64,000 nucleotides of DNA from Kiritimatiellia bacterium. Its GTDB lineage: Bacteria > Verrucomicrobiota > Kiritimatiellia > RFP12 > UBA1067. The DNA is taken from the NCBI GenBank assembly GCA_050949565.1, contig JBMNFY010000017.1, positions 416,001-480,000 on the forward strand. The letters are read 5' to 3'. Numbering within the stretch: the stretch's first letter is position 1; each line of letters begins with the position of its first letter. Position numbers and translations under genes: made by a program. The notes beneath the pieces are model-generated. The model was not told where the DNA came from. It saw nothing but the letters and a program-made list of their open reading frames with translations, and did not search any database. Of the stretch, positions 1-10,800 are shown piece by piece.

Positions 1-1787
1 AGTTTCGTACGCGGTTGCTACGTCTGCTGATACGGCTGATTAAGCGTCCGATCGAGAGTATCAGCGGCCTGCGCGCCTGCGACCGTGTCTATGCGCGCGC
101 CTGGAAGATGCCCAAGGACATCCCGTTCAGCGACCGCGCGATGCAGGCGGTCGGTGTGCGCGTCAACTTCTCCGCAGAAGAGCTGCAGAGCATACCGAAA
201 GAAGGCCCCGTGGTCGTGGTGTCCAACCACCCTTTCGGCGGCATCGAAGGCGTGATCCTGCTCTCGCTGCTGCGCCGTGTGCGCCCTGACGTCAAGGCTA
301 TGGCCAACTTCCTGCTGGGCGCGATCCCGGAAATGCGCGAGGACTTTATCTTTGTCGATCCCTTCGCCTCGAAGAGTTCGACCAAAGCCAACCTGCGCCC
401 GATCAAGGAGAGCCTGACCTGGCTAAAAGAGGGCCACCTGCTGATCGTCTTCCCGTCGGGCGAGGTCTCCAGCTTCGACCGCCGCACACTGCGGGTGCGC
501 GATCCGGCTTGGAGCCCCAGCATTGCCGCGCTGGTACGTAAAACCGACGCCACCGTGGTGCCTATGTACTTCCCGGGGCACAACGGTTTTCTGTTCAATC
601 TGGTCGGCTTGATCCATCCGCGATTCCGCACCCTGTTGCTGCCGCGTTACATCGCCAACAAGAAAGGCCGCACGCTCACCCTGCGTATCGGTACGCCGCT
701 CACGACCAAGGCGCTGGAACCGTTCTCCACGGATGACGTGCAACTCATCAAGTACATGCGCTTCCGCTCCTACCTGCTGGCCGAGCGCGAGACCCACCGT
801 ACGCGGCGCTTCATCACGCTCAATCCGCCGATGATGCCGCCCGACCCGATCATCGCGCCGATACCCGCCGATGTGCTGACCGCAGAAATCGCGCGCCTGC
901 CCGAGGCCAACCTGCTGATCGCCTCCGGCGACCTTTCGGTCTACATCGCAGCCGCAGAGCAGATCCCCGCCTGCCTGCGCGAGATCGGGCGCCTACGCGA
1001 AGTCGCCTTCCGCGCCGTGGGCGAAGGCACCGGTAACGCGATCGACCTCGACGACTTCGACAACTATTACAACCACCTCTTCATTTGGAACGCCGCCCGC
1101 CAAGAGATCATCGGCTCCTACCGCCTCGGATTGACCGACGAGATTCTGACCGAACACGGTGTCAAAGGCCTTTATACCCGCACGCTCTTCAAGTTCGACG
1201 AACGGCTGATGGAGCGGATCCCGCCAGCCATCGAGATGGGACGCTCCTTCGTCCGCACCGAATACCAGAAGGCCTATACCTCGCTTTTCCTGCTGTGGAA
1301 AGGGATCTCCGCTTTCATCGGACGCAACCCGCATTACCGCGTGCTCTTCGGCCCGGTCAGCATCACCAACGAGTACCGCGAAGCCTCGCGTTGCATGATC
1401 CTCGCCTCGATGCGCCAAACCTGCATGGCGGACGATCTGGCGCATCTGGTCAAGCCGAAGTTCCCGCCCAAGCCGCCGCGGCGTTCGGAGTGGTGTCTCA
1501 AGGAGTACACCGAGTATCTCAACGACATTGACCAAGTAGCGGGATATGTCGCGGAGATTGAGCCCGACGGAAAGGACATCCCGGTATTGCTGCGTCAGTA
1601 TCTGAAACTCAGCGGACGCCTGCTCGCCTTCAATGTCGATCCTGATTTCAGCTCGGTCGTGGACGGCCTGATCATGGTGGACCTGTCTCAGTCCAGCCCC
1701 AAAACCATACGCCGCTACATGGGCAACGAGGTCGCCGAGGCTTATTTCAAGGTTCACGGTATCACTGAGACACCGCAGACGGAGTAG
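1..1787 (+). CDS. Bifunctional acyltransferase (N-terminal PlsC-like + C-terminal GNAT), OlsF/putative-hemolysin type; probably 5'-truncated by the window edge
   Basis: NHPFGGIEG and VFPSGEVS acyltransferase motifs, then EIGRLRE..FR..GEG, DLDDFD, IEMGRSF and FNVDPDFS GNAT motifs; frame is open back to the window start. Confidence 0.8.
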   Translation, partial: FRTRLLRLLIRLIKRPIESISGLRACDRVYARAWKMPKDIPFSDRAMQAVGVRVNFSAEELQSIPKEGPVVVVSNHPFGGIEGVILLSLLRRVRPDVKAMANFLLGAIPEMREDFIFVDPFASKSSTKANLRPIKESLTWLKEGHLLIVFPSGEVSSFDRRTLRVRDPAWSPSIAALVRKTDATVVPMYFPGHNGFLFNLVGLIHPRFRTLLLPRYIANKKGRTLTLRIGTPLTTKALEPFSTDDVQLIKYMRFRSYLLAERETHRTRRFITLNPPMMPPDPIIAPIPADVLTAEIARLPEANLLIASGDLSVYIAAAEQIPACLREIGRLREVAFRAVGEGTGNAIDLDDFDNYYNHLFIWNAARQEIIGSYRLGLTDEILTEHGVKGLYTRTLFKFDERLMERIPPAIEMGRSFVRTEYQKAYTSLFLLWKGISAFIGRNPHYRVLFGPVSITNEYREASRCMILASMRQTCMADDLAHLVKPKFPPKPPRRSEWCLKEYTEYLNDIDQVAGYVAEIEPDGKDIPVLLRQYLKLSGRLLAFNVDPDFSSVVDGLIMVDLSQSSPKTIRRYMGNEVAEAYFKVHGITETPQTE

Positions 1788-1793
1788 TCGGTC

Positions 1794-2393
1794 ATGGTTT
1801 CTGAAGCATTCCTGAATTCATGGGTGTTCTCTTGGTGCGTGGTGCCGCTGCTAATCTTCGTCGCGCGCATCATGGATGTCAGCATCGGTACCCTGCGCGT
1901 GATTTTCGTGGCCAAGGGATACCGCATCTATGCACCGATCCTGGGCTTCTTCGAGGTCATCATTTGGCTGCTGGCGATCCGGCAAATCTTGAACCACATC
2001 AATAACCCGATGTGCTATCTAGCGTACGGACTGGGGTTCGGCGTGGGCAACTACGTCGGCATCAGGCTGGACGAGCGACTCTCGCTGGGCACAGTGCTGG
2101 TGCGCATCGTGCCGAAGCTCGACACCACCAACCTGATCGCGCATCTACGCGAATCAGGCTTCGGCGTGTCGCTGGTCGATATCGAGGGCATGTCCGGCAA
2201 GTTGAAGATGATCCTCACCGTCACCAAACGCAAGGATTTGAAAGAGATGATGCAGATCATCCAGTTGCACAACCCGAACGCGTTTGTCACGGTCGAGGAT
2301 GTTAAGACCGCCAAAGAAGGCTACTTCCGTCTGCCCCCCGAAAAGACCGGATCGCCGCTCTGGATATTCGGCGGCCCGCAAAATCAAAAGTGA
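1794..2393 (+). CDS. DUF2179/UPF0316-family membrane protein
   Basis: IFVARIMDVSIGTLR, GFFEVIIW, AYGLGFGVGNYVG and C-terminal NPNAFVTVEDV. Confidence 0.85.
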   Translation: MVSEAFLNSWVFSWCVVPLLIFVARIMDVSIGTLRVIFVAKGYRIYAPILGFFEVIIWLLAIRQILNHINNPMCYLAYGLGFGVGNYVGIRLDERLSLGTVLVRIVPKLDTTNLIAHLRESGFGVSLVDIEGMSGKLKMILTVTKRKDLKEMMQIIQLHNPNAFVTVEDVKTAKEGYFRLPPEKTGSPLWIFGGPQNQK

Positions 2394-2397
2394 TTAC

Positions 2398-5300
2398 TCA
2401 CTTCAGATAGAGCAGAAGGCCGGACGGATAGAGCACGGCGTTCAGCAGGTTTTCGTCCTGCACCCAGCCGGGATTGACGCTGTGCCCAAAGGGAGCACCG
2501 CTGCCGCGCCACTGCGTGTCAAAGGACGCGCCACCGCTAATGGTGTCGTAGCTGATCAGCGGGACGGTCTGCTGGCCGCTGGTCCAGTTGGACACGCGGT
2601 CGACCACCACCTGTCCGCCGCCAAGCACGGTGAGGCCGCCCGACACAGTGATCTGGTCTGCGGCTGGTTGCGCGCCATCGTAGTCCACGTACAGCACGGC
2701 ACCATCCGCCAAAACCAACCCCTGCTCGAAGACACGCGGGCCGGTCAACTGGAAGACGGTCGGGGGCACCTCGGCATTCGCCACGTAGCCGGAACCGGTG
2801 ACGGTGACCGCATCAGTAGCCACGCCGTTCAGGATCAGATCGGCATCAGAGGCAAGATCAATCGTCGCGCCCGTATGCGGCGCAGCCGCGAAGCTCGTGC
2901 CGGGCGTGCCGCGTCCGAACCACTTCCACGCGAGATAGGCCTCGACCTCCGCGCATTCCGCATCGGTGAGCGCGCGCGTGTAGATCAGCACTTCAGCCAG
3001 CCGCTGGCCGCCGCAGTGGGTGCCGTCAGAGTACTTGCGGCCCGGCCGGTCGCATGCGAAAGCACCCGCGAAGACAGCATCTGTGGTCGTCAAGCTGACG
3101 ATCTGATAGCCTGCGCCGTTCAGACCGGTGAGGGTACCGTTGACCGGCGCGCCGTCGATGCGGGTGACACCGCCGGTGACAGCGAGCCAACTGCCCCACA
3201 ACACGGCCGGCGTGTTGCTGATGTAATTGGGGCCGCGCACGAAGTAGTTGAGGTCGCCGCTGCCGGACATCATGTGGCCGCCGCCCGCCTGACTGCCGAT
3301 GACCCAGAAGACCGTGCGGATGCCGTTCACCTGCGCGTTCCAGAGCAGCCACTGCGTGCTGCCGTACTGACCGAAGTCCAGCACCGGCTTGCCGTTCAGC
3401 GCCCCCGGCAACAGGGTCGGCGGCGTGATGGCAATCCCATCGGGCATACGGTTCTCGACGAGAACCTGAGTGTTGGTGTAGCGCTGGTCTGGATTGGCGT
3501 ACGCATAGGCGTAGGGATAACCGGCACCGCGCACGTCGGCCCACTGGAGCACCTCGTGGGTGCTGCCGGGTTTGAACGTCAGCGACTCAGCGCACGAGGC
3601 GTCGACCCGGAAGGCAAGCGCGTCGGTCACCGGCAACTCGTCGTGCAGTTCGTCGGCCGGCGACAGGGTGAGCGTGCCCGCCGTGACCTGATACGTGGCC
3701 GGCGTCGAACCGCCGGAGGTCAACGCAAGCTTGCCGCCGCCGGTCACGGAGACCGCATCTGCCCCTTGAATCTCGCCCAGCACAGCGAGCCGGCCAGTTT
3801 CCACATGCAGGCTACCGCCCAGCGACTGCACACGTCCCACCACCGGCAACGTCGGCGCAGCGTAGCCAACCGAGGCACGCCCGAACCACTTGGCGTTCAG
3901 GTAAGCTTCCGTCTGCTGCCGCTCGGCGTCGGTCAGCACGCGGTCGTACAGCAGGATTTCACCGAAGCGCAGGCCGCCGAACCGACGGGGGCTGCCGCGG
4001 TCACCCGCGATATAGGTCTGCACGGTATAGGGCGCACGCGGTTTGACGATGAACGAGAACAGCCCGTAACCGCCGGAGAAACCGCGCCGCACACCGCACA
4101 CGTTTTGACCATCGAGATACGTCCATCCTTGACGCACATCAAGGTCAGCCGATGCCGGATGCCAAATCGGCGTATACGGGTTACCTGTCCCTAGATAGTT
4201 GGACCACTCTCGATAAAATGGATATGTAGTGGGCGTGCCGAGGAAACAGCCGCCTCCCTCCTGACTACCATGCACAGCGAAGGCCGAAAGAACCTTCGCG
4301 CGCGTACCGTCGAAGGTCAGAGCGGTACCGTCTTTGACGGCAGGTCCAAGATCAATCACCGGACGTCCGTTCAACTCGTCGGTGCGCAACACGGGATTCG
4401 CGCCCGTGAAGCCGATCGGCAGGTTGTTGGTGGAGAAGTCCCGGATGTCGGTGATGGTCGTTCCGTCGACCGTCACGCCGCCGGGACGCGACGCATCGAG
4501 CCAGAGCGAAGGGTTGGGCGCGGGCTGCGCGGGAGACTCCAAGTGGCTGACATCCAGCCGGTCGAGACGGGTCTCCAGAATGCCGGAGAAAGCAGCGCCG
4601 TCAAGCACACGCAACGTGGCCGCGCCTTCGCGACGCGCAGTGCCCGCACCCTCCAACGCAGCGAGCATAACGTTGCCGGTGCCGGTGCCGGTATCCAGCA
4701 CCGCGCCATCCGCGAGCGCGACGCGCCGCAGGTCGCCGAACCATTTGGCCGCGAGCAACGCCTCCATATTCATGCGCTCCTTCTCGGTCAGCGCGTAGTT
4801 GAAGAGCACCACCTCGCCGAGGCGTTGCCCGCCGCATTGCACTGTGGACACCCGGTCACGGCTAAACTGGTTGGCGGCAGCGTTGGCGGTAGTGACAAGT
4901 TGCACCAACTGGTAACCGCCGTTCAACACGCCTCGTTGCCAATAGGAATCCAACTTGAGACCGTCAACAAAAATCCGTCCGTTTTTGACGCCCGCGGCGG
5001 CGTCGCCATTGAAAAGTCCGGGCTCCGTGCTGTCGCCCCATGTGGCAGCCCCACGGTGAAAGTCGACGCCACCGGTATGGCCGAGCAGAAAGCCGCCGCC
5101 GTTCTGGCTGCCGAGCAACCAGAAGGCCGTGCGGATATTGGCGATCTCCGCGTTCCACGAGAGGTAGCGTTCGGTGACATGGCTGGTTCGAGAGTAGGAC
5201 GCCGGGGCAGAGCTAGCGTAACCGTAGTAGTTGAAGTCAATCACCGGACGACCGCCGAGCGCGTTGAGCAACAGGTTCGGCGGGTTATTGATCAGATTGT

Positions 5301-8300
5301 TGGTGGCGGCGGCCCAGCGGCCGTTGAAGCGGACGTCGGACCAGTTGGTGACGTAGCCGTATTGGTCGGTCATGACCGAGCCGTTGTCGGCGCTGGCATC
5401 CACATGGAAGACCGGATCCAGCGCATAGGCGCGATCGGTCCGCGCAAAGGCCAGACGGCCAGCCTGAATATCAAGCCCGCCGGTCAATAGCGCGCTGTTG
5501 CTGACTTTGAGATCACCGGCGCCCAGCTTGGTCAGGCGACCGGCGCCGCAGGCAACATCGACCGAGAGCGTGTCGCCTTCCGCGAGGGTGAGTTGCGCTG
5601 CGCCGAGCAGTTCCAGGCGGCGGATGTCGGCGATCCACTTGGCGGTGAGGTAACTCTCGATGGCGGCACGCTCGGCTTCCGTCACGACGTTGGTGCAGAT
5701 GAGCACCTCGCCGAGACGCTGTCCGCCAGTGTAACTCGGTGAGACCGTGCGGTAGCGCGCGAACTGGTCGGCGCGTCCGCGTTGCAGGTCTGGATTGACC
5801 GACCCGTCGGTATCGTCGACAAAGGACAGTACCTGATACCCGCCGTTAAACGGTGTGCGCGTATCGAAGGCGAATGGCTCGCTGTCCACGTAACTGCGTC
5901 CGTAACGGGTGTAGAACTTCTCCTGATTCCAGAGCGGTGTGCGATAGGTTTTTTTCACATCAGGAGCACGGATGAAGTCGTTCACGATCGAGCAACCGAG
6001 CAGATAACCGCCGCCTTCGTGCGTGCCGATCGCCATGAAGAAGGTACGCACCGGGTAGACCTGCGCACTCCAGCGCAGGTAGCGGCCGCTCTCATACGGG
6101 CCGAACGCCACGATCGGCAAGCCGTTGGCCGAGGCCGGCAGAAGCTGCGGCGCCGAACCGTCGTTCTCGCTGTAGGCATGCATCCACTCATCATCGAGCA
6201 CGCCCTTGCGCACGTCCCACCACTGCGTGACACGCCCGGCGGCGTTGGTCAGGAGCGTATCAGGGCGGGAAGCGTCGACCCAGAAAGCCGGCACCACCGA
6301 AGCCGGAATCGTCGCGGGGCTCACGCGGACCGGCAGCAACGTGCTGCCCTCGACGGTCAGCGTGCGCAGCGTGGTCGGAACCGGGAAGGAGAAATCACCG
6401 GTGCCGTTTTTGCGGAAGGCTCCGTGGCCGCTGAAAGCGGTCACGGTCAAGGATGCGGCGCCGGTATCAACGATGGCGTTTTGCAAATCGTCGAGCGTGA
6501 CGAGGTCCAGCGTTGTCGGGCTGCCGGTCGCGACGAAGCGGCCGTTGCCGCTGACCGAGGCGACCGCCAACGGTGCCCCTCCATTGTTGAAGGTCACGGT
6601 GCCGCTGAGCGCAAGCGTGTCGATCGAGAACGCGCCGGCCGGAACGTTCAAGGTTCCGGCGCCACTGACCTGCTCCACGCGATTGAAAAGACCGAGCGTG
6701 ACCACCTGCGAGCCGGAGAGGTTGATGACCGGCGCATAGTAGGGACGGTTCAGGGTCAGGGTGCCGGGGCCAGTAATATCGGTCAAGATCCAAGGTTCGG
6801 TGCCCGCGTCATTGACAGTGAGGTCGCCAGACATAGAAAGGCTGGTGACGGTCAGCGCATTGGTGACGGTCAGCGTGCCGCGCCCATAGAGCCGGCCAAC
6901 CGTCAAGTTCGCGCCGGGAACGGTGAGCTGCGCATTGCCGACCAAGGTTATCCCGTTCCAGACCTTGTCGCCGGCCGGGCCGAGGATCTCAACCGGGCCG
7001 CAGTTGTTGAGATAGAGCGTGCCGTCAAAGTTCGACACATCACCGATCGTGGCGGATGCCACGGTATCGTCAAACCGCACGACGCCACTTCCGGTCAGGG
7101 CGGCAATCTCAACCGTATCCGTGGTCTTGAAAACCACAGTGCCGATGTTGCTGTCGAGCGCGCCGACGGCCACCGGCTTCGTCCCGGCCTGCACGGTCAG
7201 TGTCGCGTTGGTCATCTGGATATCCTCGACCGTCAACGCCCCGCATCCGGAAGCGTCGAAAGTGCCCGACCCGGAAAGCCAGCCGACCGCAAGGGCAGTG
7301 CCGTCATTGGTAACGGCGAGGGTACCGCCGACACGCACCTCACCGAGGCCGATGCCGTCGTCCAGAGTCAGCGCGCCCTCACCGTACACGGTACCGATCA
7401 CCGGATCGCCAGCCAGCGGAGCGGCCAGTGTGAGCGCCTCGCGGTAGAGACCGACGTGCTCCAGCAGGATCGGCGCGCTGGAAGTCAGCGCGCCTGTACC
7501 GCGCAACATCCCGACCGCATACGCGCCTTCGCCCGCGAGGTCCAGCGTACCGGCGAGTTTGACGGTGTCAACATCGACCGGACCTTCCGCAAGCACCTGA
7601 CCCGCACCGGTCAGCACATTCACGCACAGCGTACCGCTGTCGGCCCGTCCCACACTGCCGGTACCCGCAATCTCAAGGATACGCAGATCGGGGCCGCGGA
7701 ACCATTTGTCGGTCAGGTAGCTCTCGACCGCCTCGCGTTCGGCAGGAGTCAGAATCTCCTCAAAGACTGCGACCTCGGCCAGGCTTTGTCCGCCGCTCTG
7801 CGCGTTGAAATACCGATCGTTGGCGAACCGCCCGACGGTCAAGCCCGTCGTGGCGGTGTTGGTAGCGATCAACGATATTAGATGGAATGCACCAGAAAGG
7901 CCGGTCGTACGTCCATTGCGGATCTGACGGTCAATCTGTGTCTCGCCACACCACAGGTCGTTGGGCAGGTATTCGCGAAAGAGTGAGGCCTCGGGGAACA
8001 TGTAGCCGAGCGGCAGAGGCGTACCGTTGTTCCCTCGGTGCAGATGATAGGTGTCGGTCGCACCGAGCAGAAAGCCGCCACCGAACTGGCTGCCCAACAC
8101 CCAGAAGACCGATTTCACACTGCCGGTGAATTCGCGCGACCAGTGCATGCCGCGAATCTGGCCGGTGGAGAATGGCATGATACCGAAGTCGACGACCGGC
8201 AGGCCGTTCAGCGCATTGGCGGTCCAGAGCGGCGCGGTGTCGGGCGGCACAGCAAAGGGATAGCCAGCGCCGCGCAGGTCACGCCACTCCGTGACGGCCC

Positions 8301-8642
8301 CTCGTCGTCCGCTGTGATGCTGGACGCGGCGGAGGCATCGACATGAAAAACAGCCCGCGCAAAAACTGTATCCGGGCGTGTGGCCGGCGTAGCACCGGAA
8401 ACACCGGCATGCAACGCGCCCTCGCGCAGCCGCACGACACCGTTGAAAAGCCCCGGGTCTTGCAGGATCAGCAGACCGCTGCCGGCCTTGTCGACCACGC
8501 CGGTCCCGGTTTGCGCGACCACGGTGTTTGTTTCGCCCGCAGGCACCGTGATCGGCAGCGTATCGTTCATGAATGGACCTTGCGCGTACAGCAACGGCAC
8601 GATGGAGACAAAAAGGCACGACAAAAGGCGGAGTGTTTTCAT
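2398..8642 (-). pseudogene. Large exported protein with five LamG/ConA-like modules and beta-strand repeat spacers; -1 frameshift near 8298-8301
   Basis: Signal-peptide-like start MKTLRLLSCLF (ATG 8642) is in ORF 8208..8723 and the body is in ORF 2398..8619. One extra G in the minus-strand G run gives ...ADDEGAVTEWRDLR. The module F.VDAS...W.D.R...LNG.PV..FG...G.Q.GGG...GG.RL.E...YL..KW occurs five times. Ends YPSGLLLYLK*. Confidence 0.75.
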
Positions 8643-8761
8643 CTGCGTAAATCCTTTCTCGACTTCCACATAACTTGTATAATAGTGCCGTTTTTTAGGT
8701 GAATCAGCAAGTGGAAACCGCATCCCCGAAAAGTTAGAATTCAGGAGTTAGGATTTAGGAG

Positions 8762-9982
8762 TTGAAAGCGGACGTGTTACGGACGGAGGTGACCACGCAC
8801 GCCTTGCGTGCTGTGCGGCTTGCCGGTGTCGTTGTAGGGCTACTGGGGGTCGCGGTTTGCCAAGCCGCAGGTGTGGTCGGCGGACAGGTTGAGATGCCGC
8901 TGGACGACGCTGTGTACGCGCGTCTGGGCAAGGCAATCCGTCACGAGGCCTTCTCCAGCAACCGAGTGTTTCGGATCGCGGACCTTGCCGCCGCGATGAA
9001 CCGGCGCGAGCCGCTCGGCCTCGTGCCCGCGACACCGGCGCAGACACCGCTGGACGACGCCGCACTGCATGAACGCGCGGCACGGGCGACGTTTGCGCTC
9101 TACACGCTTTCTGAGGCGGACTACAAGTCCGGGAACACTGCACGCTTGGGCGCGGCCTTTCTGATCCATCCCGGCATAGCCGCGACTTGCTTCCACGCCT
9201 TCAAAGGTCTGGATGAACCGTTCGTAGCGGCGGGATTGACGGTCGAAGGGCGGCCGGTCACCGTCGTCAAAATTCTGGCGCTCTATCCGCTGGAAGACCT
9301 CGCGCTGCTGCAAGTGGAGGGCGCCGGTGATACCGTCCAGTGGCTGCCGTTGCGGCCGGATACGCCTGCAGGAACCCGTGTCCGTGCGATCGGCCATCCG
9401 CTGAATAAATACTTCTTCGCGGTCGAAGGGATGGTCGCCCGCTATGGCATCAAAAACGGTCCGGGGGGCGAGCGCTTGACGCGCTTGCATCTGATGATCC
9501 ACTCGATCGGCGGATTCAGTGGCGGCGCGATCATCGACAATGCGGGCAACGCGGTGGGCATGCTCGACAGCATTGAAACGCTTAAAGCCGGCGCGGCGAC
9601 CTACGACATACACTCAGCGATTCCGGCGGCGGCGATCCGGGCGCGTTTCTTCGAACCCTACGCCTGCGGGATGACACCTGAAGCGGTCGCGGATCTGTTG
9701 CGGCCAGTCGCCACACCGAGCGCGTCGGTCGATGTCCACACCATCAAAACCGAAGGTGCGAAAGGCGCCGCGATCAGCGAGATACGCAGCAATGCGCCTC
9801 ATGCGTATACGGTACGGATTGAGGACAAGAGCGGCAAAGTACTCGCCCACGGTCGGCCCTCCGACGCGTTGCGGGCGGGACTGCCGGAATGGGCCAAATC
9901 GCTGTACGATGAAAACGTCAGGGCCGCTGGAGCCAAGGCCGACGCCATCGCACCGCCGGATGGCATGGAGCAACCCCGATGA
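8762..9982 (+). CDS. Exported trypsin-like (S1) serine protease; true start probably slightly downstream
   Basis: Hydrophobic N-terminal segment; catalytic triad motifs ATCFHA, DLALL, GFSGG and IGHP. Confidence 0.7.
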   Translation: MKADVLRTEVTTHALRAVRLAGVVVGLLGVAVCQAAGVVGGQVEMPLDDAVYARLGKAIRHEAFSSNRVFRIADLAAAMNRREPLGLVPATPAQTPLDDAALHERAARATFALYTLSEADYKSGNTARLGAAFLIHPGIAATCFHAFKGLDEPFVAAGLTVEGRPVTVVKILALYPLEDLALLQVEGAGDTVQWLPLRPDTPAGTRVRAIGHPLNKYFFAVEGMVARYGIKNGPGGERLTRLHLMIHSIGGFSGGAIIDNAGNAVGMLDSIETLKAGAATYDIHSAIPAAAIRARFFEPYACGMTPEAVADLLRPVATPSASVDVHTIKTEGAKGAAISEIRSNAPHAYTVRIEDKSGKVLAHGRPSDALRAGLPEWAKSLYDENVRAAGAKADAIAPPDGMEQPR

Positions 9983-10038
9983 AAAGGCCGTTTTTCTCGC
10001 GAGGTTGACGACTCGTCATCATCCTCGGCATGTAAGAA

Positions 10039-10800
10039 TCAGGTCGAGGCGAAAAAGGCGTCGATCATGCGGCGCGCGATGCTGACACGCGAGGGAATCG
10101 GCGGCAGGTCGTCGCGACCGAACCAACCGGCCTCGGCAATCTCGACACCGTCGGGCGTGATCTCGCCGCTTTCATACTCCGCCGTGAAACCGAACATCAG
10201 GTTGTTGGGGAACGGCCAGGGTTGGCTCGATGCATACCGGATGTTTGTGACACGCAGGCCAACCTCCTCCGCGATCTCGCGCGCCACCGCCTGCTCAAGC
10301 GTTTCATGCGCCTCGACAAACCCGGCCACCAAGCTCCAGAACGGCAGCACGCCACCGGCTTTGTGGGCCAGCAGAATCCGGTCATCGCGCGCGATCAGTG
10401 TGATCACGACGGGATTGATGCGCGGGTAGGCAATGTGATTGCAGGCCGGGCAGATCATCGCGCGCTCAGTGGCGTGGCGTTGCAACGGCGCGCCGCAAGC
10501 ACCGCAAAAGCGGTGGACACGACGCCAATGCATGAGTTGGCTGGCCAGTCCAACCTGAGCATAACGCTGCGGCGTCACGAGGTCGAACAGCGCGCGTAGG
10601 CCCATCCGTTCTGCGCCGGGAACAGGTGCCTCTGCGGATTCAGCGGCGAAGACTCTCTCTCCCGCCCCCGCCGTCGTCGGCGCGGAGAGCGGTTCCACAA
10701 GGTCAAAGGCAAGCGGGTCCGCATCAAACAGCCAAGATGGTCCTTCGGGGGTTTGTCTGACCCAGAGCTGATCTGCAGAAAACAGCAGTAGCCCTTTCAC
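10039..10800 (-). CDS. nudC: NAD(H) diphosphatase
   Basis: FCGACG..CPAC zinc ribbon, YPRI.P, Nudix box GFVEAHETLEQAVAREIAEEVG, SQPWPFP. Confidence 0.95.
   Translation of the reverse strand: MKGLLLFSADQLWVRQTPEGPSWLFDADPLAFDLVEPLSAPTTAGAGERVFAAESAEAPVPGAERMGLRALFDLVTPQRYAQVGLASQLMHWRRVHRFCGACGAPLQRHATERAMICPACNHIAYPRINPVVITLIARDDRILLAHKAGGVLPFWSLVAGFVEAHETLEQAVAREIAEEVGLRVTNIRYASSQPWPFPNNLMFGFTAEYESGEITPDGVEIAEAGWFGRDDLPPIPSRVSIARRMIDAFFAST

Noticed and set aside
2284-7881. Long plus-strand ORFs 2284..4194, 4270..5490 and 5782..7881 (and similar ones at 31441..33129, 42826..44274, 47121..48548)
   Set aside because: Antisense shadows of high-GC genes with no recognisable motifs.
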